Positions 37,669 to 49,468 of a stretch of DNA of 63,785 nucleotides are shown here, in pieces. This DNA is from Chara braunii (Eukaryota; Plantae; Charophyceae): positions 1,098,923 to 1,162,707 of the forward strand of contig BFEA01000029.1 in assembly GCA_003427395.1 (NCBI GenBank), written 5' to 3'. A program made the translations under genes and the position numbers. Each line of letters begins with the position of its first letter. Within the stretch, counting starts at the first letter, position 1. The notes under the pieces were generated by a model. It did no database searches. It saw only the letters and a list, made by a program, of their open reading frames with translations, and was not told the DNA's origin.

Positions 37669-38422
37669 TATATGACGCGCAGGGGGTTCCAAAATTATGT
37701 GATCTTCTGATTGCATGCCATGGCGGGACAGGAGGGAGGGGGAAGAGAGGATGAATGAGGAACCAAGCGTACCAGGAGAGAAAGCGTCCGCATCAGCGCA
37801 GATAGTTGAGCCAGAGTTCATGTTGATGCCAACGTCAATTGCAATATCTTCGCGAGTCTGCTGTCTCGAGCTGTGGGAATTCCTTTGGCCCTTCGATTGT
37901 CGGAGATCGTCCAGGTGACGCCATGATCGTCCGTTAATTCTCCGTGTGCTCTGCACCCCTGCCTCGTCATTGGAAGTCCGCCCGCCGGTAGTCGACAAGG
38001 AGAGGATGATGGAGAGGTCGGGGCCACTTAGATGGGAGCGGAGGGAAGTAATCCGCTGCTTCGTCACCGAGATCAACGAAATGTACGATCCGGTGTGCGC
38101 GAGGGAATCGATGATTGGGTCGGGACAGGGATAGTAGGTAATCGGGGTATAAGGAAGGGATGGTGCGGAGGATATTATCCCTTAGGGACTCTTAGTCTTC
38201 CACAACGGGAAAGGTGCCGGAAATGATACAGAACAACTCCATATGGTTGAACTGTGTCCAGGCGACACTGAAGAGGAGGATATTGAGAGGGAAGGAGGGG
38301 GAACGATGGGGGAAGACCGTGCATAGGAGTCATGCGGCAAGTGATGACAGAAGAGGCGGGTGGCAAAGATGTGATAGTCCAGGGAGAATTCAAGGTGGGG
38401 GAAGGGACGGAAGGAGAGGTAA

Positions 38423-39858
38423 TCAAGGAGGCGGCGGAAGACGGGATGAGGACGATATGTCTGGGCCGGGAGGAGGACGGGGACGAAGCGTGGAGGGGGC
38501 GGAAACCGAGGGGGATGGTGAGCGAGAGTGGCGACGCCGGCGGGAGGTTGCTGCGCCATCGTGCCGACTAGCGGTGTCTGAGGGAACGGCGGGATTCAAG
38601 GCGGATCCTCCTCGAAAGGAAGGCGGCGCTCGTGCTGGTGGGGCCTCTCGGGGCTCAGGTGTCGACGCCTCTTCTTTTTCCCTTGTCGTCGACCTTGCTT
38701 CCGATTCCTCTCCCTCCAATAGCCCGACGATGGCTATGCGACCCGGGTCATCGTCTGACGACAGCTCCCCGTTCTCTCGATGTGCCTTCCAAAACTCGTC
38801 GAAGTCTGAGTTATCCGGTGCAAGTTCGTCCAAATCCAGGTAGCACCAAACAGTAGGATCGTGATCGCTCTGATGCTGCCTGTAATCCTCCGTACAGTTC
38901 GCCCAGATTATGGTTGGCGTCAACTTCCTTTCCAGGGTCACAGGTTCAGCCTACCTTGGATCACTCGGATTATAGGAGATGATGTCCGTTGACAGGTCGT
39001 CGACGAGCTGAGACAAGAACGTGAGGAGCTCGTAGGCGACCGTTGCTCGGCTGCCCTTAGCGATCTCACTGCACACTGGCAACAGCCCTACCAACGTGTC
39101 GTCGGTGGTCGACTCGTTCGGCCACAACTGCGCCAACACCAGCAAGATCTCGTTAGTGCGCTCCAACCCCTGATTACTGTAATACCGCAACCAGTGGCAC
39201 TTTACTGTAAGCATACACACAATAACCGTCGCGAACTCGGCCCACTTGCGGATGTAAGTTGGATTGAACGGAAGGGTTGAGGCGGGACAAATTTCCAAAG
39301 TGAGAAGGGGGTCGTCCCAAGATGGCCAGATGATCGAAAGGTCGGAGGGGAGAGAGAAGGTGGAGAAACGATTCATCGGCGTTCGGGGTAGGGATGGAGA
39401 TGGGGAGGCGGGCGAGTGGGGCGATCAGTGGTGCTGGTCCGCAGGGAGAAGGTATCAATACAGCCAGTCCCCACTACTTGTCGCCTTGGCTGGGCCAGTC
39501 GCTGTCGCCAATCAGTCGCCAACTCCTGTCCCCACTTGTAAAGATCGGTCACTACTGCATCGCGTCGCTGTGCGCCATTGGTACACAGATCGCCACCGAA
39601 AGCCACGATTACCGTTACGTTGCTCTGAGTAGGTCGTGAGTAGCGACAAAATCTTGACGCCTCCGCTAAGATGTATGTCGAGCCTCGATTGGTGGATATA
39701 GCTATCTCAATGGCGGCGCATAGAGCCCCGTCGTCGAAGAGCTGCGCAAATCGGAGAAGATCGGGACTGAGACGGGGATGCGTGACTTGACGAAATTGCA
39801 ACAAAGTTCGAGGTTGAAGAAGCTGAGTAGGAAGGGCCGGCTCAATCATAAAACTCAT
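38423..39858 (-). pseudogene. Additional ORF(s) downstream of pol, unknown function
   Basis: Tandem ORFs 39373-39858 and 38951-39376, the latter continuing in frame through one stop into 38423-38941, ending in acidic and Pro/Arg-rich tails. Same strand as pol. Confidence 0.55.
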
Positions 39859-39999
39859 CGCGAAGGTGAGGGGGAGGTAGATGCAAGCGAAGGAAAGGAA
39901 GTTAGTTCCTTGTCCGCGTTGGAGGAAGAAGAAAGAGATAGGTTGAGGTTCTCAGAAGGAGGGAGGGGACGAAGGTAGAAGTCGTGGCGGACAATGGGA

Positions 40000-41100
40000 A
40001 GGGAGCTATGGCTGGCGCTGGCTTCGGGCGCGATGCACACCGTGTTGGCTCCGTTGGGACCAAGCTCCCCGACGTGAAAACATCCAGAGAATTTGGGAGC
40101 GAGTTTACGGTCGCGTGCACATTTGCGTACCTGCACCAGATCCCCTAGCTTATATTAGTGTTGTGGGCCCTCATTCCCATTCCGGGCCTCGTAGCTTCGG
40201 ACTTGTCTACCGTGGGCCAGTTCGGTCATTTTTTGCCTTTCCGGGTCAGCTTAGGAACGACCCTTTCCATTAAATTCGCATATCGTTTGGCTTTGGCCTT
40301 AAGGGCCGCACGCGTGTACCGACCTCCTTTGTCGGCAATTTCTCAGGTACCCCGATTATCGACACATGGAAGGCTGTTGGTTCAAAGCTGGAAGGGGGTG
40401 AACCTTGTGGACTCATGAGGGGTAGCTCGATGGATTCCGATGATTTGATAGACAATCTCAGGCCACGGACACGTGTCACGAGCCGCTAAGTTCTTACGAA
40501 GGGCTGTCTTAATCATGCGATTCGCATTCTCGGCCAATCCGTTCGACTGGGAAACATGGGGAGCGGTGTGTCGGAGAGTAACGCCACGGCGCATTAGTAA
40601 TTCCTTTACCTCAGCCTTGAATTCAGATCCATTATCGGTTAGAATCTCCTCTGTATCTAGATGGGTATTGAGGAATCGATCGATGTATGTAGCTATCTCT
40701 GAGGCCTTACCGATCTTTCACGGATAGACTTCGATATATTTCAAGAAATGGTCGATCAACACCAAAAGGATGGAATATTCGCAGCGGTTGGGGCCAGGTG
40801 GCACGTCAATATCAGTCGTATCCATACTAACCCGCTGAAAAGACCGTTCTACCTATGTCGAGACTATTGTATTTGGTCCACGAATGGGCGCGTGGTCGGC
40901 TGCACAGACTATACAGTTAGTGACCACGTGCTTCACATCATCTCGGATATTAGACCAGAACCATCAATTTTGGTTGATAGTTGCCTCGGTGACACGTATT
41001 GCGAAATGAGCGGTCTGTTCTTCGTGCGCCGACCTAGTCCAGTCATATCTCTGGAAAGGATAGGGAACCGTCAACCATAATCCCGACCCGTCTGTTTTAC
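40000..41100 (-). pseudogene. Integrase (HHCC zinc domain, DDE core, GPY/F-like tail)
   Basis: AHEEQTAH...CIVC; LIDHF, ILTDNGSEF, HTAPHVSQSNGLAENANR, STRFTPF; KLAPKFSGCFHV. Confidence 0.9.
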
Positions 41101-41317
41101 GCTTCTCTAGATGTCCGTTGATCCATCGATAATCTCGGGACCTTTCAGTAGCCCGACGCCTGTCGTGCTTAGTGAGATGGTCTAACGGTTGACCAACTAA
41201 TTTAGCTAATAATATTTTATCCGTCCATACCTCCGCTCGTCGATATTTCTCATGGTACTCAGGGGCGTCTGTTCGGGCAGCCTCGAATTGAACCTTCGTA
41301 GGGAGTTTGTCCGTCCT

Positions 41318-41479
41318 ACATAGGGGGCATCTCCATTCCTTACTACTCGTTCTGTATCGAACGCACGCGCCATGTGCACGATTGACACACATGGCGCACT
41401 CTACCCAGTCAGTAAATCCGGACTCGAAGGGGTAACAGTCTACCCCGTAAACTCGGGAAATACACGTGCAAAAATAACA
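41318..41479 (-). other. PHD finger domain within pol
   Basis: C-x2-C...WVEC-x2-C-x4-H-x2-C...W-x-C-x2-C (CYFC..WVECAMCVNRAHGAC..EWRCPLC): canonical C4HC3 with the conserved Trp. Confidence 0.85.
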
Positions 41480-41617
41480 AAATTTGTCCGGGAGAGTGGC
41501 GAGAAAATTTGAATGAGCGAGGGGAGCAGAAGCGGTGGGAGAGATCGAGACAGGGGGAGTTTCCATTGTTCTGAAAAAGAAAGGGAGAGAGAGACGGGGT
41601 CGGGTATACGTGTCCAC

Positions 41618-42700
41618 TTAACCCTTCGGCAGGATCTCCACTCGTCCGTATTGAGGCTCGTTCTTTGGTTGCAGGTCGCACCAGGGGATCACTTCCTCAC
41701 TCTTGGGTACCTTGTTGGGACGGTGGAGTCGTGTCAACCCGTCTGCGTTGCTGTGTCTCTCGTGTTTTCGATGACGAATGTCGAAGTCCATGCTCTGCAA
41801 CGTGGTGGCCCATCGCCCAATCATGCCCGAGTAATCCTTGGACTTCTTTAGTGCTAGCAGTGGTTCGTGATCGGTCACCAACGTGAACTTCCAACCATAT
41901 AAGTACGCTCGAAAGTGACTGATCCCCCACAAGGCAGCGTAGCATTCCCCCGTCGAGGCAGAGTAGTTGTGTTTGCAGAACGGTACAGTCTTGGACGCGT
42001 ATTCCACCACGTGTTCAAGGTCGTCTGATCCTACCTGGGCCAAGATCGCTAAGACAGCCTCGGGCTGCCAATCGGTGATGAGAACAAAGCGTTTTTTCGG
42101 GTCCGGTCTTATGAGGACTGGAGCCGAAATCAAGGCCGCCTTGAGTTCTCCGAAAGCCCGGTCGCATTGTGGAGTCCAGATCAACGACTGATCCTTTTTC
42201 AGCAGATTCGTGAGTGGTCCCTCGATCGCTGCAAACCCCTTGATGAACCTTCGATAGTACGATGCCAAACCCAAAAAAGGCACGCACTTGTGTTACGGAC
42301 GTCGGCACTTGCGCGTCTTTCACGATTGTCACTTTCTGGAGTTCTGGCTGCAATCCTTGGTTCATAACCACGTGGCCGAGGAAGGAGATCTAAGTGAGAA
42401 AAAACTGACACTTCTCAACCGCCACTTTGAATCCTGCGTCCTTAAGTGCGTGCAAGGTTCATTCAATGTGTTGCACGTGTCCCTCGTAGGAATTGGAAAA
42501 CACCAGAATATCATCCATATACACAATCACACAATAATTGATTATGCTCTGCGTCAACCGCGTTTTTCGCACGAAGTTTTGGAAGGTCATGTTCATCGCG
42601 CGTTGAAACCTGGCTAGGGCGTTGCAAATCCCCATCGGGCATCGGACCCATTGCCAGATTCCTTCGAAAAGAATGAACGTCGTTTTCGGGCGGTCGCGAG
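41618..42700 (-). pseudogene. pol: RT (C-terminal part) and RNase H
   Basis: DRPKTTF..WQWVRCPMGICNA..FQRAMN, VYMDDIL, FLGHVV, FLGLASYYRRFI, LITDW, YSASTGEC, LVTDHEPL, NADGLTR; internal stops and a frameshift. Confidence 0.92.
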
Positions 42701-43157
42701 ACTATTCGATAGCGATATGAAGTTCGAGTACAAAAAGGTTCGCAGGTGGTTCACAGAGATCGTGATTAGCGACATGGACTTGATTATTGCACCTTTCCAC
42801 ATCGCGCATAACCAACATTGGACACTCGTAGTGACAGATCTTAGGCGTATGAAAATCGAGTATTACGATTCGCTGGCACCGGATGTTCAACTCGCAAGTA
42901 AGGTGACAGGGGGGTTCGCAATATTTTTGTACATGAGATCGGTCGAACAAGGTCAAGAAATTGACACAAAAAACTTCAACCATATATGGGTAGTGGAAGG
43001 CATTCCCAAGCAGCGCGACTTCAACGAGTGTGGTGTGTTTATGCTGACATATGCATCACTATAAGCGAGAGGGTTTCTTCCACCATTCACGTTCACATCA
43101 GATGATACAAAGAAACTACGATGCCGGATAGCTTTCGACATAGCTGTTGTGAAGTAG
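42701..43157 (+). pseudogene. Ulp1/SENP-like (peptidase C48) catalytic fragment
   Basis: VRRW..IIAPFHI..HWTLVV.D...IEYYDSL...PKQRDFNECGVFML..(stop)..FTF..R.RIA: catalytic H, D, oxyanion Q and C are all present. Antisense to pol. Confidence 0.9.
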
Positions 43158-43321
43158 ACGCATTTGTTCCATTGACAATAAGACATTCAAACACATGAAA
43201 TGACCATGCAGTGATCATAAATAGATGTAATATAGGAGAAGAAGAGTTTGTAACTGTAACGAGGATTCCTTATGCGGTTTACAAGAAATGTAACGGGTCG
43301 TGCAAGAAGGACATTTTATCT

Positions 43322-43541
43322 CTTACCTCTTACTCCTCTCCCCTTTACCCCTAACCCCCCTATCCCGTACCCCTTACCCCTCACCCTCTACCCCTTACCC
43401 CTTAACCCCTACCCCTTACCACTTACCCCTTACCCCCTACACCCTACCCCTTACCCTTTACCCCCTACCCCTTACCAGTTACCGCTTACCCCCTACACCC
43501 TACCCCTTACCTTTTACCCCTTACCCCTTACCCCTTACCCC
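43322..43541. repeat. Degenerate (TTACCCC)n telomere-like heptamer array
   Basis: About 30 degenerate units directly visible. Confidence 0.85.
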
Positions 43542-43715
43542 TTTTTCCTATCACAAATAATTCACATATGAAGAAAAATATGGTAAAATCTTTCAGTTTC
43601 AATTTCGTTCATAAAATAAAAAATGTCCATTTTAACGAAATCGTAGTTTTGTCTGGCCTGGTGGAACCCAAACGTGTGCTCTTTGTATTCGTGGGAGTAG
43701 CATGCTCATCATGCT

Positions 43716-43930
43716 GCCACTGTTTTAATCTTTTCTTCGTCTGCCAAAACGAGCTGATCCTTTTCTGTAAGCATGATCAAATCGTTTTTCCTTCCTCCCC
43801 TTTCAACTACTCGCAGTGAGATAGCCAAAACAACAGCTCCCGAATCAATGATTGCATTATACGGAATTCCCCATATTTCGATGTCGCATTCCGTAGATTT
43901 CCAAGCGATGGGTTTAATCCGCAGAAAATG
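43716..43930 (-). pseudogene. Aspartic protease (N-terminal part, truncated)
   Basis: AIIDSGA catalytic motif. Confidence 0.8.
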
Positions 43931-44329
43931 ATCGTCTTTCTGTATTAACCCTACCCGTATTGGATCCGAAGTACCAGTCGTATTTTCGTCTGGCGTGGGG
44001 CTCCTAGCTTTCAGGTTCGTTGTTCGGGCGAGGGCGAATCGTTTTCGGTTCGCCTTACAGTGCTGTACCATTCACTTATTAGCTTGTTCAGAGATCGAGA
44101 CCACATGGCCAATCAGGAGTGGAATCCGATGGTCAAAGGCTCGGATGATGTTGAGCACATCGATTTCCCTAGTAACGAAGGTGGGTCCTCCCGACTCCAT
44201 CTTTCTTGGAGAAGGTCGCCACTCAGCCACTTCTTTTTATTTTGGCGCCGGTCTGATTGTCCCGATCATTCCGAGCCCCGGATAACCAAGCGATACGTAT
44301 TAGTCCAGCGGGATGAGCTCAGCAGCTTC

Positions 44330-45612
44330 TTACGCGGTAGCTAACGTGCTTCTTCCATCTTCTATTTCCTCCATCAGGGCTCCTACCCGTCCAGGTCCGT
44401 TAGCGATAGGGGCTGCTGCTATTGGTGCGACCCCGACCCATTGTTGCGGGGGCCGGTGCGGGCAATCACGGGCTAGATGCCCTAGTTGATGACAAGCATA
44501 ACAGACATTTAGATTGCTCGCGGCTCCCCAGAGAACAGGTGCCGAGGCCAATCCTTGTTGGATTGGGGCGGCTCGTACTGCGATGGGTCGCATATTCCTC
44601 ATCATAGCCTCCAACCGAGCATTATGCTCCCGTTGTTCCTTTTTGCTTTCTTGGATCAGACTAATTAGCGTTCAAATATGGCGGTTGATTCATTCGATCG
44701 TACAGGATTCTCGATTGGCGGTGGGGGTGCCGTCATTACAGGTGCTGATATCACGAGGGCGAGCATGCCCGTGATCACACCAGGTGCTGGTCGTTTGCGG
44801 GGTATCTGTTCCATATAGGTAACAGGTCCTGACACAAACCTCATGTTTTCAAACTTGTTTTGCAACGCAGCCAGCTCAACTCTTACCCTCGAAAGCTCGG
44901 ACGAGTCTACTTCCTTAGGATAGTCTTCTCCTTCTAAGAAACTCGCCGCGAACTTCCGTTCCATCTCCGAGTCCTCTACAGCTACCATAATTTGTTGCAG
45001 CGTGCGATTGATGGGGGAGAACTGTTTTCGCAGTCTTGCCCTTCTCGTCCGACTGCGGAGTCCGTCTATAAACAGATCTCTCCCTACTTGCTCGCCCCGC
45101 TCAATTTTCACAAACGTTCGATAGAACCGGTTTCGATATTTTGCAATGGACTCGAGAGGTTTTTGAACTCGGTCCTTGATCATATAGAGCACTTGCTCTG
45201 GATGGACATAGTCGAATCGATTCAAAAAATCTCGCTCAAAAGTCGGGAGATCCACCCATACATAGGTACTAAACCAATGATGAGTGTCGCCTCCTAATCG
45301 GGCGGGAATGTTTACCTGTGCTTCGTTATCGTCGTACTGCTGTGCCCGAAGCGTGGCTAACCACGCTCCAGCAAGATGATGCGCAGGGTGAAACAGATAA
45401 AGATCAGGTGGCGTCATGGGAGCCCTTGCTCGTGGGGTGGGTTGATTAAGATTTTGTTGTTGATTGGCATTCTGCTGCTGTGGGTTCGGATTCTGTGGAT
45501 TAGCGTTCATGTTGGCTGCCCGTCGATTAGCCGATCTACTTCGGGTGATGATGGGGTCGCGTCTATGCGCGTTCCGGGGTCGAGGTCGCCCTCGGTTAGT
45601 CAGATCGCTCAA
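44330..45612 (-). pseudogene. gag: Ty3 gag (Retrotrans_gag-like plus CCHC knuckle)
   Basis: WF..TFERDFLNRF..QKPLESIAKYRNRF..LFIDGL, and CYACHQLGHLARDCP in the downstream ORF 44330-44614. Confidence 0.85.
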
Positions 45613-45651
45613 TTATCATGCTGTCAATCCTAAAACCCGGCCACGTGTCGG

Positions 45652-45663
45652 GCTCCGATACCA
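45652..45663 (-). promoter_or_regulatory. Primer-binding site, tRNA-iMet
   Basis: TGGTATCGGAGC (one mismatch to TGGTATCAGAGC) lies between the LTR and gag. Confidence 0.85.
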
Positions 45664-48232
45664 ACCTCACGCCCAACGCGACTTCCTGATCGGAGTGGAG
45701 TGTGGGCCTAGAAGTGCGACAAGGGGTGTGCCAAGGATTTTCGGGAAAGTGGGGGTGGAGTACGAGGTCAGAACTGGGATCTCCTGTGGCAAAGTTTTTC
45801 GGGGGCACGAGTGCAATTTGGCAGAAAGGGCGGAGCACTTCTGGTCATAGGGCAGATGGCATACGCGGGTCATTCAAGGCCGTGCGATCCACCGGTTCAG
45901 AGGACGGCGGTTCGCTGGAAGGTCCCTCCGGGGTGGGTGGGGTTCCGATGAGTCAGGCCGTCGGAAGTTGCCACGTGGCGCTGGTCATCACGCATTCGAG
46001 TTAAGCCTTCGGGATTCCGGAGCTCTCTGGTCGCCGCGTCGTCGACAATTTTCGCAGGGCGTGCTTGGCCAGTAGGGGGCTATGGCCTTCCACGGGACGA
46101 CGTTGAGTCGATGATACGGAAGAAGAAGACGGAAGGGAGGGAAGCTGATGGAGATAACGACAAATCCGGGGTGGGTGAAGTAGTGGGTGTGGTCCTAATT
46201 GGGGAAATTAGAGCATCAGGGGTCGCTAGTGGTGGCGCAGTGAAACTCCTTAGGACACAGTAAAACCTCTGTTAGGCAAGGGTATCTCTGTCGGAGGCTT
46301 TCCTCTATCCAAGGGATGAAATAGTCCGGGTCGTACAACAACGACTCTGAGCTCTCGGAGTGTGTCATTATGTCATCGCAGAGCTGCGAGACGCCTAAGG
46401 GTGGGTCTGTGTCGATTGCGATCACCGCGTGCGAGCACGTGCTGGCTGCGTGAATCGAGTCGCGCTTACACGTGTTCGCACGGGATGACTGCTTCGTCGT
46501 AGACCCTGGATAGCCGTATCAATCAAACAGTACTCCTACAATTGACGAATCGACGCACGGGGACACGTGTAAATGCACAGATCAGGTCGTGATTACACGC
46601 ATCCTCGCGCGGTGTTCGCTGGGCCAGACATTCAATTGTCTAATCACTCCATAATTTTCAAGCATGCAAGATGCAACAAGCCCGACAGCTCGATCAAAAG
46701 ATAAGCAGAAATGAGAACAGGATTAACGACTGCACAAAATTTCTACCCTACTCATGAGTGCATCAAAGGCAGTAAACAAGGGTAAAGGCAAGGATCAGGT
46801 AGAAAGACAAGCGATCAAACATGACATCCATTCATTCATTCATACATTCATACGCCATATCCGAGATGGGAAATCGCAAGGACAAGTGTGAGCGAGAAAC
46901 CAAATCCCGATTCCGAAAAACAGAAACGGGCAAATTACCCGGAGCCGAAATCAAAATTTATATACACGAGATAGGAGGGAGAAAAGATAAAAGAAACAGC
47001 AAATCCGCGNNNNNNNNNNNNNNNNNNNNNNNNNNNNNNNNNNNNNNNNNNNNNNNNNNNNNNNNNNNNNNNNNNNNNNNNNNNNNNNNNNNNNNNNNNN
47101 NNNNNNNNNNNNNNNNNNNNNNNNNNNNNNNNNNNNNNNNNNNNNNNNNNNNNNNNNNNNNNNNNNNNNNNNNNNNNCTCTCTCTCTCTCCGATGCGGAC
47201 AGTCCGTCGTCGCGCACCAACCCACAAAGCCGTCACCCCGCTTAGTCCTCCCGCAACCGTCAGGTTCGCCCGCGCCCACAGTCTGTCGTGGCCCGCGTCA
47301 ACCCCGCGCGTTTGGCACCAGCTCGTCGGGTCGCCCGACTCCTGCTCTGCTCACCTCTTACTTCGCTCGTGTGCCGACCCTCTCTAATCGCGCACCCCGA
47401 GTTTCCAACAGCTGGTTAAGAGAGTTAACTAATCGCGCAGCCGAAATTTATAGCGTGCATGCATGCGCGAGGAACACAGAATGACAAGGACTTAGAAGGA
47501 GAGAAGGGGGAGGTATTGCCTACGCCTGCATGGCCAGAACGCGGCGTGGGGGACGTAGCCGCTCTCCATGTATCGATCCGATCATGCAGACCGTGGCTAC
47601 AAAAACGCAGCAAAAAAAAGAGAAGAAGGGCGGGAAAGACGAAGCACAAGAAGAAAGATACAGCTACAATGACGCCATTCCAAAATTACAGTTACACACC
47701 CTATTAAAGGCGCCGACTAATCAGAATTTCGTTACAGCCGCATAAAGAAGCGCGTGGGCAAAAAGGCGCTGCGTGGCAAAAGAAAGTCCTAATTACAAAA
47801 TTCCTAAATTCCTATTTAATACAAAAAATAAAAAGCACAAGTTTCGGAAAGAAAGTCCGAAATTCCGAGAGCCATCGGGGTTCGACAAGATTCGAAGAAG
47901 AATTCGAAAAAGAATTCGAAAAGGAAATTTCAAAAAGAACGAAGTAAAATTCCCGCGCGATGTCCGCGCCTAAAAAGTTCCGAAACCGAAACAAAAGGAA
48001 CGACGTCAACAATTATTAGCCATCCGCCCGACCAATCAATCGCCCATCCCGAGACTCACCCAGCTCCGAACTCAGCCATCCGAAAAGAATCGACGCAAAA
48101 ACGAAGAAGCAAGGGTACTGATGCAATTTCCCATCCATCCCAATCTCCCGTAATTGGCCCTACCTTCCCAGCTTAGGAACTCTCATTGCAATCGCGCAGA
48201 AAGTCGCGCGCTACAGAAAGTGGTTCGTCACA
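45664..48232 (-). repeat. 5' LTR C of the Ty3 element
   Basis: Ends ggttcgtcaca at 48232; homologous to LTR A; abuts the PBS. Confidence 0.8.
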
Positions 48233-49432
48233 ACCCAGCGGAGTGGGTATGGCGTATAAATAGGAGGAGTAAACCCCTAAGATTACAGTCTCTGTCAGTA
48301 AAGGCATCTTACTGGTTGTTGCGCCCTAAAATAGAGGTCGCAGAAATCATACAAGACCGATGGCATAGACACCTAAACATATACAAAGAAGTACTCAAAC
48401 CAGTAAAGTGGTGTCAAGGATTCAGGGAGAGGCCTGCTAAGTTCGCGTCCCTACAATGGCAAATAATGCACAAATGTTTACCCACAAATGATTGGTTAAT
48501 AGATCACTCTACACTGGAACAAAAAGGTATAGCTTTGCCATGGTGCAATTCCTGTGTACAGGCCTTTCCCAGTAGGAAGATCAGAGAAACAATAGAACAT
48601 GTCTTTCTACAATGCCTAGGTTCAGTATTGCTTAGGCATAGATTGGCCATGGGACTGGAGGGCTATCCTCCTGGGGCATTGGAATCCTGTGCTAATAGAG
48701 TTAACTGTTTTTCAACAAAACTTCTTCCGTTTGGGTAGGAAAGCGGTCTTCTGGGCCTTGTGGAGTCCAAACAGAAAAAGGATATCAAACAAAGAATTTT
48801 CAATTCAATCTGGACTGGCTTGCGGATGCACCAGGGGAGAAACTGGGAGAGGTGGTGTGGCGAGGAGGGGAAGGGGATCAGGCAACTCTTAAGCGGGATT
48901 ACCAGATCACCTTTCAAAGCTGGTTTGACATTCGACCAGGAGCTTCTTTGAGATCAGCTGAGTATTTTTCTGACCTGTTCCCTCCCTCTACACTTGTTTT
49001 GGTGGATCTGGAGTGGTTTGGGGGGGGAGAGGAAGGATAGGCTTAAGAGCTAGATAAGTAGGAGATCTAGGAAGATGGAAGCTAGATAAATCACTCTTTT
49101 CAGGCGGTCAGATTTCATGGCTGAAGAGGCATCTCCATCTTCAAGATTAGAGTTAGCACCTTTACCAGCACAAAGGTAGCAGCATAGGTGTTTTAAAAAA
49201 TAAATAGAGGTATCTCAGATTTGTCACAAGTTTTCATAAGTTTTCGTTAAGATTTGGGATGCTGAGCCCGGTTCTCAGCAGGTTCTGTTTCTCAAGCGAT
49301 CATAGTTTCCACAGGAATTGGGATGCTGAGCCCACTTCTCAGCATGATCTGTCTCTGTTCGGTCACTCTGGGTAGACTGTGAGGATCCCGGCCTCGATCC
49401 TTTTACTGGAAATATCAGCCTTGGGCACAGGG

Positions 49433-49467
<35 letters not shown>
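48233..49467 (+). mobile_element. L1 3' fragment (zf-RVT region, 3' UTR, poly(A))
   Basis: PAEWVW..LSVKASY..SLQWQIMHKCLPTNDWL..WCNSC..ETIEHVFLQC, homologous to 59800-60280. Poly(A) at 49440-49467. The left end is cut by LTR C. Confidence 0.85.

Positions 49468-49468
<1 letters not shown>

Larger units (their letters stand above)
37700..48232 (-). mobile_element. Degenerate Ty3/gypsy LTR retrotransposon: 5' LTR, PBS, gag, PR, RT, RH, PHD, IN, extra ORFs
   Basis: Domain order gag-PR-RT-RH-IN on the minus strand. 5' LTR at 45664-48232. No matching 3' LTR or PPT identified. Confidence 0.9.

Noticed and set aside
34823-48232. LTR B and LTR C as the LTR pair of one intact element
   Set aside because: They share only patchy similarity, no PPT adjoins LTR B, and the outer flanks (atta / accc) do not form a TSD.
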